From IMG/VR virus record IMGVR_UViG_3300024354_000012: 64,000 nucleotides of DNA; one strand, given 5' to 3'. The translations under genes and the position numbers were made by a program. This document shows positions 10,139 to 20,195 of this stretch, in pieces. Position 1 is the stretch's first letter, and each line of letters starts with the position of its first letter. The notes beneath the pieces were generated by a model. That model saw only the letters and a list, made by a program, of their open reading frames with translations, was not told the DNA's origin and made no database searches. Source of the stretch: an uncultured virus (IMG/VR IMGVR_UViG_3300024354_000012) (Duplodnaviria > Heunggongvirae > Uroviricota > Caudoviricetes).

Positions 10139-11002
10139 ATGGATCGCTTAAAAGTAGCAGAGCAGTATGACGAAAGGTATCTAGAAATAGATAGGCCACA
10201 GCCGTTGTCTGACAATCGTATCGACGCTCTTATTTTAGAAGTGTTGAGCGGACGTATAGATAGAGATTTTAGTGATTCCATATTTCAAAAGTTCAAAGAC
10301 GAAACGACTGATTGGTTTTTGAAATCTTCATTAAACCATTTGACTGGGTTGGACACGTTTGCCAGAGTAGACATATGCTCTGGCTGTACACAGTTTATCG
10401 ACGACATCTATATGACTGGTGCGTTACAGGTGTTACGTGGAGATTACAAATACCATGAAAGATTGAATATAGCATATATCAAAGATGTAGGAGGTCTGAT
10501 ACCAGGGTTGCCGTTGATCATAGCTATGCCGTTTCCTCAAATAGGAGCGCCACACTTTGACATGGAGGAAATTTTACATGAGTGTAAAATTAAAAAAATT
10601 GAAGTACACATCGATGGCGCTTGGATCGGTTGCTGCCGTGATATTAATTTTGATTTTAGCAATAAAGTTATTAGATCCGTTGGCATCAGCCTTAGCAAAG
10701 GTCTTGGTCTCGGGTGGAACCGGGTAGCACTTCGTTGGAATAGATTTGATAATCAAGATAGCATATCTATCATGAATGACTTTGCTATGGTCAATAAAGC
10801 ACCTGTGATGATAGGATCACATTTCATAAAAAACTTACAGCCAGACTATCTCTGGAACACACACGGAGAGCGTTATCAAAGAGTATGTAACGACTTCGGT
10901 TTAGAGCCCACTAAGGCCATACACTTGGCTTTGAAAGATGGACGACCAGTGGGTGTAAGCCCACTGATAAGATTTTTGGAAAACAATAATGATAATACAT
11001 AA
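10139..11002 (+). CDS. PLP-dependent fold-type I-like enzyme (start refined)
   Basis: HIDGAW and SLSKGLG...RV motifs; TAAATA-N5-ATG start. Confidence 0.65.
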   Translation: MDRLKVAEQYDERYLEIDRPQPLSDNRIDALILEVLSGRIDRDFSDSIFQKFKDETTDWFLKSSLNHLTGLDTFARVDICSGCTQFIDDIYMTGALQVLRGDYKYHERLNIAYIKDVGGLIPGLPLIIAMPFPQIGAPHFDMEEILHECKIKKIEVHIDGAWIGCCRDINFDFSNKVIRSVGISLSKGLGLGWNRVALRWNRFDNQDSISIMNDFAMVNKAPVMIGSHFIKNLQPDYLWNTHGERYQRVCNDFGLEPTKAIHLALKDGRPVGVSPLIRFLENNNDNT

Positions 11003-11729
11003 TATCGACGGAGTCTTATTACCTTATGATCCAACTTGGAAAAATATAGCTGTTAGCATCAGTGGTGGTGCAGACAGCACTCTATTATCCTATCTAGTAT
11101 GCGATCTTATAGAAAAATACAAAGCACAAACTATAGTACATCATATCAGTCATGTACGTATGTGGAAAACTAGACCGTGGCAAGAAAGCGATGCTAGAGT
11201 CATACATGTAGAATTAAACAAGCGTTTTCCTAATGTTGTGTTTTCTAAAAGACATGTAAATTTTATAGCACCGGATATAGAATATGGAAACATAGGTGCT
11301 ATTGTAAAAGATGAATATGGAAAATATGTCAGTGGCGACAATGCTCAGATACGTGCGTTCTCTGAATACATATGCCATAAAGAAAATGTTGATGCCTATT
11401 ACAACGGAGTTACCCGTAATCCTAGAGGAATAGATCTAGGAGGTATGAAGGAAAGAGATATAGAACCCAACGAATCAAATAAACATCTAGAAATGATGGA
11501 ACACATGGGTCGTTGGGCATTACATCCTTTTAGATTTACAGAAAAATCTTGGGTAGTAAAACAGTATAGAAAATTAGGTATTATGGATCTGTTCGATCTC
11601 ACACGTAGCTGCGAAGGCGAGTTCGAAGGAATTGATTATAAAAATTATATATCAGGAGATACTGTACCAACGTGCGGTAAGTGTTTCTGGTGTAAAGAAC
11701 GGGAGTGGGCCATTGAACAATCAAAGTAA
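10989..11729 (+). CDS. QueC-like PP-loop ATPase
   Basis: SGGADS PP-loop; TRSC...CGKCFWCKER Zn motif. Confidence 0.75.
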   Translation: MIIHNIDGVLLPYDPTWKNIAVSISGGADSTLLSYLVCDLIEKYKAQTIVHHISHVRMWKTRPWQESDARVIHVELNKRFPNVVFSKRHVNFIAPDIEYGNIGAIVKDEYGKYVSGDNAQIRAFSEYICHKENVDAYYNGVTRNPRGIDLGGMKERDIEPNESNKHLEMMEHMGRWALHPFRFTEKSWVVKQYRKLGIMDLFDLTRSCEGEFEGIDYKNYISGDTVPTCGKCFWCKEREWAIEQSK

Positions 11730-12978
11730 AACATTTTGTCTACATCCATTTACTGGATTAGCAACTAGTACAGACGGCTCTATATTGGTCTGTTGCCGTA
11801 GTCATCCTATAGGAAATATCAAAGATAATTCTCTAGAAGAAATATGGAACAACGATAAGATGCGTGAAATACGTAGAAAGGTCTTAAACGGAGAATGGCC
11901 TAGCGAATGTGCTTCATGTAAGTTAGACGAAGACAGCGGAGTTGAAAGCATGAGGCTTAGACATATTTCAGGAAGAATTCCTGAAACAAGATCTTTGTTA
12001 TATCCTAATGCTCTAGATGAGCTTGACGACGATCACAAGATGCCTTTTAAGATTCCAAGCATGGAGATTAAGCTGAATAATCTCTGTAATCTAAAATGTC
12101 GCATGTGCCATCCTATGGATAGTACAAGTTGGAACGATTGGGACCAAGTAGAAGAATTCTATAAAAAAGAAGGCAACTTTATGATCAATTTTATAGAAAA
12201 AAATAACCTTAAAAGAAAACCATATCTTAACTTCTACGAAGACAATCCTAACTGGTGGAACAGCTTTGAAAAGAATATACCTTACTTTGATCGTGTAGAG
12301 TTTGCGGGCGGCGAACCATTGATGGATCCTGAACACTATAAAATACTGTCAATGCTAAAACCCTACGGCAAAAATATCACTTTGAAATACGCTACCAACG
12401 GTACTACTCTAGGAATCAAGAGCGGAAACATATATGATTATTGGCCAAATTTTAAATCAGTGATGGTATCTATAAGCATGGACGGCATCGGAGATGTCTA
12501 CAATTATATCCGTGGTAATAGCGAGTGGCAACTTGTACTTGATAATATTAAACGTATACAGATGATGCCTAATATCAAACGCATCGTATGCTCAGCAGCA
12601 GTACAGGTCGGTAACGTGATGAAAATAGATCAGATGATAGAATTTTTACTCGACGATCTAGGAGTTGTTTATTGGAATAATTTTGTCAACCATCCTAATC
12701 TTTTATCAGCACAGGTACTTCCTGAACCGTTGAAAAAAATAGCAGCAGAAAGATTGATGGATATGAGAGATAAAGTACCAGGTTTTAAAATGGTACAGCA
12801 ATATCCTATTTTAAAAGATTTAACAATTAACCAGATCAACGGAATAATAAGTTATATGTATGCTAAGGATCTAAGTCATATGTGGAAGGACTGTGTGGAG
12901 TTTAATCATAGATTAGATACTAGTAGAAATCAAAAGAAATTTGAAGAAGTTAACGAGGATTTCCTACCCTATGTCTGA
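11713..12978 (+). CDS. twitch/SPASM-domain radical SAM protein (start uncertain)
   Basis: N-terminal FCLHPF...CC...CASC; CNLKCRMC; GGEP. Confidence 0.9.
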   Translation: MNNQSKTFCLHPFTGLATSTDGSILVCCRSHPIGNIKDNSLEEIWNNDKMREIRRKVLNGEWPSECASCKLDEDSGVESMRLRHISGRIPETRSLLYPNALDELDDDHKMPFKIPSMEIKLNNLCNLKCRMCHPMDSTSWNDWDQVEEFYKKEGNFMINFIEKNNLKRKPYLNFYEDNPNWWNSFEKNIPYFDRVEFAGGEPLMDPEHYKILSMLKPYGKNITLKYATNGTTLGIKSGNIYDYWPNFKSVMVSISMDGIGDVYNYIRGNSEWQLVLDNIKRIQMMPNIKRIVCSAAVQVGNVMKIDQMIEFLLDDLGVVYWNNFVNHPNLLSAQVLPEPLKKIAAERLMDMRDKVPGFKMVQQYPILKDLTINQINGIISYMYAKDLSHMWKDCVEFNHRLDTSRNQKKFEEVNEDFLPYV

Positions 12979-13876
12979 GATAGAAAATTTATTCCGTAAT
13001 GGGTTTGGTAACAACACTCTGAGAATAACACTAGACAACGGAATAGATTTATACTACCATCTGTTTGATAATCCTGTACAACATTGCTGGCAAGATTATT
13101 GGCAAAACATTCTAGTCGAAAATCTATCAATAGATTCTGAATTCGCTAATCAAGAACTAGCAAATTATGTAGATCAATTAAACAACTACCATTTGCGATT
13201 GGGGTTTGACAAAATTGATAACAGGCCTAGTAGAGAGTTGCTTAACGATTTACACAATCGTTTCGTAGAAAATAAAGATAATCCAGATTGGGATACTGTT
13301 AATAAATTAATACATAAGATAGAAAATAATTTAATTATAGATTGGAATTCGCAGATAAAATTTTATTGCGGTCAGATAAAGCCTTCAGTTCTTATAAAAC
13401 CCTATCATAAATTATTTTTATCAACAGAATTTAGTAACTGGGGAACACTGTATCTAGGATACGAAACTATAGGCAAAGACTGGGCAGACATAGCATTAGA
13501 TAATGATAACGGAAACGATCTAGCTGTACAAGATAGTATAGGTACAGAAACAGTCATGAGTTTTCAAACTCAAGCACCTTATGAAAAATTAATAGAAAAT
13601 CAATTTTACAAATGGTATATGAAAAACGACAGTTTTATGAATATACCTATAGACAATCTAAATAAATTATCATTAGGAAGATATCTATTAGGAAAGGTAA
13701 TCGTCACTGAAGCATTTTTAGATTATGAAAAGAATCCATTAGTATGGTATATGCCTAATCATAATATAAAACAAAAATGGAACAAAGATATACTTTCAAA
13801 AGCCAATAGCATTTCTAAGTTAGAATTTTTTAATTCTACTATGTTCTATGATACATTAGTTAAACATACAACATGA
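12971..13876 (+). CDS. hypothetical protein
   Basis: long ORF coupled between radical SAM genes. Confidence 0.7.
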   Translation: MSEIENLFRNGFGNNTLRITLDNGIDLYYHLFDNPVQHCWQDYWQNILVENLSIDSEFANQELANYVDQLNNYHLRLGFDKIDNRPSRELLNDLHNRFVENKDNPDWDTVNKLIHKIENNLIIDWNSQIKFYCGQIKPSVLIKPYHKLFLSTEFSNWGTLYLGYETIGKDWADIALDNDNGNDLAVQDSIGTETVMSFQTQAPYEKLIENQFYKWYMKNDSFMNIPIDNLNKLSLGRYLLGKVIVTEAFLDYEKNPLVWYMPNHNIKQKWNKDILSKANSISKLEFFNSTMFYDTLVKHTT

Positions 13877-14775
13877 AATCAATAACTAGTCGCTGGCCAC
13901 ACCAGGATCAATTAAAAGTAGAATGGAACATAGGTAAACGCTGTAACTATGATTGTTCATATTGTCCTGACAGTATACATGACAATTGGAGTCCGCATAC
14001 ATCTATTGATGTACTAGAAAAGACCGTGGATAAATTATCAGAGATTGGGCGTCCGCTACGATTAAGTCTTACTGGCGGAGAACCTTGCGTACATCCTGAC
14101 ATAGAAGATCTTTTTGAATATACTAAACGCAAAGGAGTTTTTTGGCTCAGCGTGACCACTAACGGTACTCGAGCTGCTCAGTGGTATATTGACAATTCGG
14201 AATTTTATCAACATCTTGTTATCAGTTTACATTTCGAGCATGACTGGCGCCGTGTGTTGAATACCATATATGAAATCAAACATTCAAGTAAATTACAATA
14301 CTTTGTCAATGTTATGGCCCACCACGACTATATGGACGATGTGAAGAAAGCTGTAGAATTCTTAGACGATAAAGATATCAAATATGCTATAAGACGCATA
14401 CGCTGGACTGAAGGTGACCATAATGTGTTTGACGACATGCGCTACGATGGAAAAGATCTCCAATGGATATTAAGCAAACAATCAACAGTGTCCCCGAATA
14501 CAATAATTCGAAATGATGATCAAACAGAAATACTTCACGCCAATGATGTCATAAAGCTACACTTAAATAAATTTAAAGGATGGTCATGTCAAGCAGGTAT
14601 AGAAAGTCTCATGATAAATTGGGACGGCGAAGTACACCGAGCAACTTGTAGAGTTGGAGGTAGTCTAGGTAATATATACAAAGATACTTTTACAGTACCT
14701 AGAGAACCGATTATATGTACTCGTGATTTCTGTACCTGCGCTGCCGACATACCTATTAGCAAGAATGAAAATTAA
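13873..14775 (+). CDS. radical SAM protein (paralog of 6369)
   Basis: CNYDCSYC, TGGEP, C-terminal Cys cluster. Confidence 0.9.
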   Translation: MKSITSRWPHQDQLKVEWNIGKRCNYDCSYCPDSIHDNWSPHTSIDVLEKTVDKLSEIGRPLRLSLTGGEPCVHPDIEDLFEYTKRKGVFWLSVTTNGTRAAQWYIDNSEFYQHLVISLHFEHDWRRVLNTIYEIKHSSKLQYFVNVMAHHDYMDDVKKAVEFLDDKDIKYAIRRIRWTEGDHNVFDDMRYDGKDLQWILSKQSTVSPNTIIRNDDQTEILHANDVIKLHLNKFKGWSCQAGIESLMINWDGEVHRATCRVGGSLGNIYKDTFTVPREPIICTRDFCTCAADIPISKNEN

Positions 14776-15532
14776 AAATTTAGATCCGACAAAGTACAAA
14801 AGATTTTTTGCGTTCGGCTGTAGCTTTACCAGATACAAATGGGCTACATGGGCAGATATTATAGGACAGAATATTCCTTACTACGAAAACTGGGGTAGAC
14901 AGGGAGTAGGCAATCATTATATCTTTAATGCGGTATTAGAAGCAGACGCCAAGCACAACTTTGGTCCAGACGATCTAGTGATAATAATGTGGTCCCAGTT
15001 AGGGAGAGAAGATAGATATTTTGATAAGCGTTGGATCAGCCAAACTATATCTGAACTCACAGACTCCGAATCGAGAAAATATGCCATAGACACTAGAGCT
15101 CACCTAATACGAGACTTAGCTTACATTAAGTCGATACAGACTTTCTTAGAACATAAAAAATGTGATTACGCACATTTGGCTATGTATCCTTTAGTGTATC
15201 TTACAACTGACTTACCATTTGCTTTTTCAGCACCGGATATGATAAGAACGGAAATGCTGCTGTCAGCTTGGATCGATCTTCGAGTGAATAAACACATTGG
15301 TAAGAGTATAGAACACCCAGATGTAGTAGAATCTTATATAGACGTTTATACAAGTATAGAAAAAACTATATTAGAATGTTTTTCCTCTATGTATGTTCTA
15401 AAAAGAGAAAATAATGATCCACATCCCACGCCCGAAGAATTTGTCAAATACCTAGACAAATTATGGCCGGATAATAAATTAGAAAATAAAACTATCCCAG
15501 ATAGTTTATCACAGGCTCCACAGAGATTGTAA
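14765..15532 (+). CDS. SGNH-like hypothetical protein
   Basis: FGCSFT, GVGN, DPHP motifs. Confidence 0.6.
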   Translation: MKIKNLDPTKYKRFFAFGCSFTRYKWATWADIIGQNIPYYENWGRQGVGNHYIFNAVLEADAKHNFGPDDLVIIMWSQLGREDRYFDKRWISQTISELTDSESRKYAIDTRAHLIRDLAYIKSIQTFLEHKKCDYAHLAMYPLVYLTTDLPFAFSAPDMIRTEMLLSAWIDLRVNKHIGKSIEHPDVVESYIDVYTSIEKTILECFSSMYVLKRENNDPHPTPEEFVKYLDKLWPDNKLENKTIPDSLSQAPQRL

Positions 15533-16900
15533 CTCCGGAAATATAGATAAAAATTCAGTTTGTCTTATTCTATCTAGATTTTTTATATATTCTCGAAAGT
15601 CAGGTAACAAATGCGTATGGTCTTCTGCTGTAACAAATTTTAATATAGCTTCCCAACGTTTCCACCCATAGGGATTGATATTCCAAAAGTCATCATCCTG
15701 CCTATAGTTATCCCATAACCAAGTTTTTAATTCTTCAAAACTATTACGCACTTCTTGTTTTTCATTCTCTGGTAATATCCGTGCGCTAAGATATGTAGGT
15801 ATGTATAACAGATGTAGATTGATTATTCCGCCGCCTGCTTCATATTCATCTAATTTAAATTTATTGATCTTTTTAAAATTTTGTGTCAATTTCCATTTGG
15901 CAAAATCTGCGATATGCTTGATGTTCAATATCTGTACAGCACAAGCTATATGTACGTGAATATTGTCTGGTGTATTATCTAGTAGTCTAAGACTACGTTC
16001 TACATCAGTCCATGCTGTAGGATATCTAATGTACGAATTCCGTTCACCTACAGCATCAATACTAAAAGCAAAACGCACCTGCTTGAATTTGGACCAAACA
16101 TCTATTATATCCTGATCTACTAGTATACCATTAGAGTTGTATCTTAATGTTATTTTATCAGCATAACCTCTTGCTATGATTTCATCCAAGAACTTACGAT
16201 GTTCCTTAATCATCAAGGGCTCGCCGCCGGCAAAATATAAGTGTCGTATGTTGGGTATCTGATCAAATATCTGTTCCCACAACTCAGGTCTTTCGTACCA
16301 ATAGTTATTAAACTCTTTACGATCCCAGTTGATTTGATGTAACACTGTCTTGCTACTAGTCATATTGACCAATTTGTCATAATCCTGTACCCAACGACTA
16401 CTGTCATGAGGACTACACATTACACATTTCAAATTACAAGTATGTCCTAATCTTAGATCTAGATATCTGATCACTGGAGGAATTTTACCATCAGGATCTG
16501 TATTATCTATAAGGTCATTAAAATCCAATCCTTCTTTATTCCATTCGTACAGTTCCCATAATCTTTTGCTAACTACACCATTAGATTCCTCTTCGAAACA
16601 TTTGGTACAACTTGCTGGAATTTTTCCTTCTAGCATGGTCTTACGAACACTACACATATATTCGTTGTTCAGCGCATCTAAAGGAAGCTCTCGACCAAAG
16701 TTAGCTGGCTGTCCGTTTTCTTTCTTTACCAACCCTACTGTATGATCACCTGTGGCCGCGCCTGATGCGTTAGTGACACAGCAGAGTCTAGCATCACCGT
16801 TTGGTCTTGTGGCTATGTGTATCCATGGCAACGCACAAAAAGTAGGAGTACCTGTGCGCTCTTCAACTAACTTTATATAATTTTGGATTTTATCTTTCAC
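15509..16900 (-). CDS. twitch/SPASM-domain radical SAM protein (paralog of 11713)
   Basis: FCALPW...CC...CTKC; CNLKCVMC; GGEP. Confidence 0.9.
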   Translation of the reverse strand: MKDKIQNYIKLVEERTGTPTFCALPWIHIATRPNGDARLCCVTNASGAATGDHTVGLVKKENGQPANFGRELPLDALNNEYMCSVRKTMLEGKIPASCTKCFEEESNGVVSKRLWELYEWNKEGLDFNDLIDNTDPDGKIPPVIRYLDLRLGHTCNLKCVMCSPHDSSRWVQDYDKLVNMTSSKTVLHQINWDRKEFNNYWYERPELWEQIFDQIPNIRHLYFAGGEPLMIKEHRKFLDEIIARGYADKITLRYNSNGILVDQDIIDVWSKFKQVRFAFSIDAVGERNSYIRYPTAWTDVERSLRLLDNTPDNIHVHIACAVQILNIKHIADFAKWKLTQNFKKINKFKLDEYEAGGGIINLHLLYIPTYLSARILPENEKQEVRNSFEELKTWLWDNYRQDDDFWNINPYGWKRWEAILKFVTAEDHTHLLPDFREYIKNLDRIRQTEFLSIFPELQSLWSL

Positions 16901-16925
16901 TCTGTAGTTATCCTATAAATAGTTC

Positions 16926-17603
16926 ATGAACACTAATAATTGGAAACCCTATTACAAACAAGCCGAAAAAGAAGGTGGTTCAATAACCACACAGATGTGC
17001 TATACTCCGTTAGTCAGCCCCGATGGAAAGACTTTCTGTATGGACTACAACTACCCTAGCCAATACCAGCTATCACAAGACAGGCTATGCTATAGAGAAG
17101 AGTTTGTCGAACTTATGTGGCAACGTGAAGTTGAATTCGTCAACCACGTGAGATACTATCAGTGGGCACCCGAACTTGTAGATATCGCCGATCATAAGAT
17201 ATTTTTTAAATGGTATGGCGGTACCGTCAACGATGTTATCTATGGTAGTAGAGATCTAGAAAATAGACATCCTACTTGGAGACGAGATATACTTCGTGTG
17301 ATCACCCAACAGTATAACGATGCTGGAATCATTAAACCAACAGTGTATCCACATAGTTATTATTATGATGGAATCGGAAATCTAAGAACTTTTGATTTTT
17401 ATAGCTGCGTTTATAAAACTGATGTCAAGATACCTTATGAAGATATCAAAGATCTAGTAAGTGATAATTCTAGATTTGACGAAGCATTAGAAGATGATCA
17501 AGTTAACGTAGAAACTATTTTTAAATCTGGATTGTTAAAATATTCTAAATGGCCTGATAATCTACAGGCTGTTTATGATGCTATTTTTAGTGCCAAAGAT
17601 TAA
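16926..17603 (+). CDS. hypothetical protein, possible protein-kinase-like fold
   Basis: WQRE...PELVD...YPHSYY...FDFY; paralog of 21423. Confidence 0.5.
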   Translation: MNTNNWKPYYKQAEKEGGSITTQMCYTPLVSPDGKTFCMDYNYPSQYQLSQDRLCYREEFVELMWQREVEFVNHVRYYQWAPELVDIADHKIFFKWYGGTVNDVIYGSRDLENRHPTWRRDILRVITQQYNDAGIIKPTVYPHSYYYDGIGNLRTFDFYSCVYKTDVKIPYEDIKDLVSDNSRFDEALEDDQVNVETIFKSGLLKYSKWPDNLQAVYDAIFSAKD

Positions 17604-18138
17604 AAGTATATTTCGGTGTCAGCCCACAGTTGGCACCAGCATGCCATGATCTTCTTTCAGGCCAGCGAAATACATCTCCTTGCCTTCTGAGATATAGACA
17701 TTCATCTTCTACTATGAATATATGACCATGAGTAGGAGGTGAAATATGGCAATGGAATCTATCCATTCCTCTTCCTTCTTTTATTAATGTTTCCTCGTCA
17801 TCAGTGATATCCCAATGCCACGGAGCTACATCACCGGGTTTTACTCTACTGATCCAACAGTTAGTATAACCGTCAAGGCCTACAAAATCTATAAATTTCT
17901 CGACGATGTCTCGACTAAAATTTACTCCCGGAAGATACATATCCCATCTAGCATTGCCTCCCTCGTGAGCCATCTTGTATCCAGCATTCCTTAGTTGGCC
18001 TGCTACTTCTTCTACACCAGGAACAGCGTGTCCTACGTCATGCTTAGGACCTACATAAGCAGGTTCTTGGTTGGCTAGATCTTCTATGACTTTGTTCCAA
18101 TCTATTATCTCGGAACAGTTACCTACATATTTTACCAT
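17587..18138 (-). CDS. cupin / 2OG-Fe(II) oxygenase-like protein
   Basis: HWD...WHAGAN facial triad. Confidence 0.7.
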   Translation of the reverse strand: MVKYVGNCSEIIDWNKVIEDLANQEPAYVGPKHDVGHAVPGVEEVAGQLRNAGYKMAHEGGNARWDMYLPGVNFSRDIVEKFIDFVGLDGYTNCWISRVKPGDVAPWHWDITDDEETLIKEGRGMDRFHCHISPPTHGHIFIVEDECLYLRRQGDVFRWPERRSWHAGANCGLTPKYTFNLWH

Positions 18139-18690
18139 TTAAATCTCTCTAAAATCTAGGCTAGAAATATATGTGTTTGACTTGAGAACAAAATCTACTA
18201 TCTCAGTCATTTGTTTTTCTGTGCTGTATGGTTCATTAGATCTCTTGTCGGTTTTCATACCGTAATTAGCAAACCGTATCAATACGCTCTGAGGTTGCGG
18301 ACCGAAAGGAGTTTCTATTGATAATTCTGCGTGTATTTTTTCTAGACTTAATTTATGTCCTAGCATGAACATATCGACAGGAATCCTTTTTAATAAACTG
18401 AAAGGAGCAGCAGTAGCCAGTGTGCCAAAGCTGATTATCTTTCCTGGTTTATTATTTTCCTGCCAGAGTCTATATACTCCATAGAGTAGGTCGCATTGAG
18501 AATGTCCCACATTGGCCAGATTAATAAAGTGATCGCAATCTAAAGATAATGCTATAACTTTTTCAATATCGGCAGGATCGGTAAGATCAAAATTACTAGA
18601 ACGAGATATACCCACTATCTCGTGATCCTTATAAAACTCACAAAGTGCTCGTCCTACGCTAGAAGTATGTCCAGTCATTAACAGTTTCAT
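18139..18690 (-). CDS. short-chain dehydrogenase/reductase-like Rossmann protein
   Basis: TGHTSSVG, FINLA; catalytic YxxxK not clear. Confidence 0.65.
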   Translation of the reverse strand: MKLLMTGHTSSVGRALCEFYKDHEIVGISRSSNFDLTDPADIEKVIALSLDCDHFINLANVGHSQCDLLYGVYRLWQENNKPGKIISFGTLATAAPFSLLKRIPVDMFMLGHKLSLEKIHAELSIETPFGPQPQSVLIRFANYGMKTDKRSNEPYSTEKQMTEIVDFVLKSNTYISSLDFREI

Positions 18691-19493
18691 CAGTAGGCCT
18701 CTATATGATCTATGCCCAATTTCTTACGGAACTCGTCGGTAAATTTTCCATCTATTCTTAGACCATAACTCTGTTCCATTATGCGTTCACCGCCGTGCCA
18801 GTCAGTGTCGTTCCACCATGCTGCTCTTGTATTGAGATAGGTTTTGTTTTTTGTTTCTGGATCCCAAAGATAAAATGCTTTTTTAGTATTAGGACGTATG
18901 TGTATAAATTCATTCCTATGCGGCTTGATCACATTGATGCCATTAGCAGCATCTAGATCTCTATGCTCAAATGGAATGCCATCTGCTTCACAGTGAAAGA
19001 AAATAACACGACCTATATCAACAAAAATTTCTCCTACCATATTTTCTATCCAATTAACTACGTTAGGAAAATATTGTGCTTCGGGTGTTAGCTTTCTAGG
19101 TGCTGTTCTGTCATCCCATGAACCTTCTTCCCAAAGGAAATAATAGATATATGGATCATATGCCCCCATTGCCATTTTGATATATCTAGTGAATATATTA
19201 CGTTCTTGAAAATTTTTGAAATCTTTGGGCATCAGTTCTAAGCCTGCTTGTTTGATAGGATCGCTGTCAGGCAGATCGAGAAAGTCTTTCATGGCTTGAT
19301 AAATTGGTTTCCAGTTATGGACATAACTCATATTATCAAAAGTAAATCCAGGAGTCATCCATGTGCCTTCTTTGGCATGATGCCTAGCCAAAGCAAACCC
19401 TTTGTATATTTCGGGCTGTAACCGATCAAACTCTACCATATTTAGGTAAGGTTCTATATCTATATAAGGTTGATTATTAATTCCTCTGAGCAT
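18690..19493 (-). CDS. cupin-like Fe oxygenase (start refined)
   Basis: HRD...WHGG; TAAATA-N5-ATG start. Confidence 0.6.
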   Translation of the reverse strand: MLRGINNQPYIDIEPYLNMVEFDRLQPEIYKGFALARHHAKEGTWMTPGFTFDNMSYVHNWKPIYQAMKDFLDLPDSDPIKQAGLELMPKDFKNFQERNIFTRYIKMAMGAYDPYIYYFLWEEGSWDDRTAPRKLTPEAQYFPNVVNWIENMVGEIFVDIGRVIFFHCEADGIPFEHRDLDAANGINVIKPHRNEFIHIRPNTKKAFYLWDPETKNKTYLNTRAAWWNDTDWHGGERIMEQSYGLRIDGKFTDEFRKKLGIDHIEAY

Positions 19494-19535
19494 AAAATTA
19501 TTTATAGGGTGGTTCCCAGCGGAGTTAAATATCTG

Positions 19536-20195
19536 ATGATACACGATGGTCGATACTATTTGGTAAGCACTGCCAGAAGTCTTAAACTGGACTTAAAAAT
19601 TCCGCATGAAGAAATGCTAAGTGAAGCCAAAGCACTGCGCGAACACTTCATAGAATACCGGGCCGATGGTGATCAATATAAAGGTTGGCACAGTTTACCT
19701 ATACACGGGCTAGGCGATGACAAACCCTATAGCTGGGAAGATTACGGCTACAAGACAGCTAACGCAGCCAGTGATGATATGAAATGGACTACATGGGCCA
19801 ATTTATGTCCGGTCACTGTGGCTTGGCTCAAGATGGTCTTTCCTAGCAAACGTTTTGGTCGGGTGAGGTTTATGTTACTAGAAGCCGGTGGCAGTATAGG
19901 TCTACATAAAGACACCGATCATAGCATATTGGAAATGGTAAACATAGCACTAAACAATCCGGAAGGGTGTGAATGGCATTGGGGTGATGGCAGTAGTCTA
20001 GACTTTTCACCAGGTGATGCTTATGCGGTCAATCTTAGCTACGAGCATCGAGTGATCAATAACAGTGGAATAGATAGGTATCATCTGATAGTACACCATC
20101 ATGATTCTACACCAGAATGGGTATCTATGATGAAGAAAGCATTAAAGGAACATGGCGAAAAAGGTGAGTTTCATCACAGTACGATGCTGTACTGA
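19536..20195 (+). CDS. aspartyl/asparaginyl beta-hydroxylase-like oxygenase (start refined)
   Basis: RVRFMLLEAGGSIGLHKD...EHRVIN...RYHLI. Confidence 0.75.
   Translation: MIHDGRYYLVSTARSLKLDLKIPHEEMLSEAKALREHFIEYRADGDQYKGWHSLPIHGLGDDKPYSWEDYGYKTANAASDDMKWTTWANLCPVTVAWLKMVFPSKRFGRVRFMLLEAGGSIGLHKDTDHSILEMVNIALNNPEGCEWHWGDGSSLDFSPGDAYAVNLSYEHRVINNSGIDRYHLIVHHHDSTPEWVSMMKKALKEHGEKGEFHHSTMLY

Noticed and set aside
6369..16900. Radical SAM genes as PqqE partners of pqqA
   Set aside because: No PqqE-like signature or pqqBCD genes recognised, and they lie more than 25 kb from pqqA.
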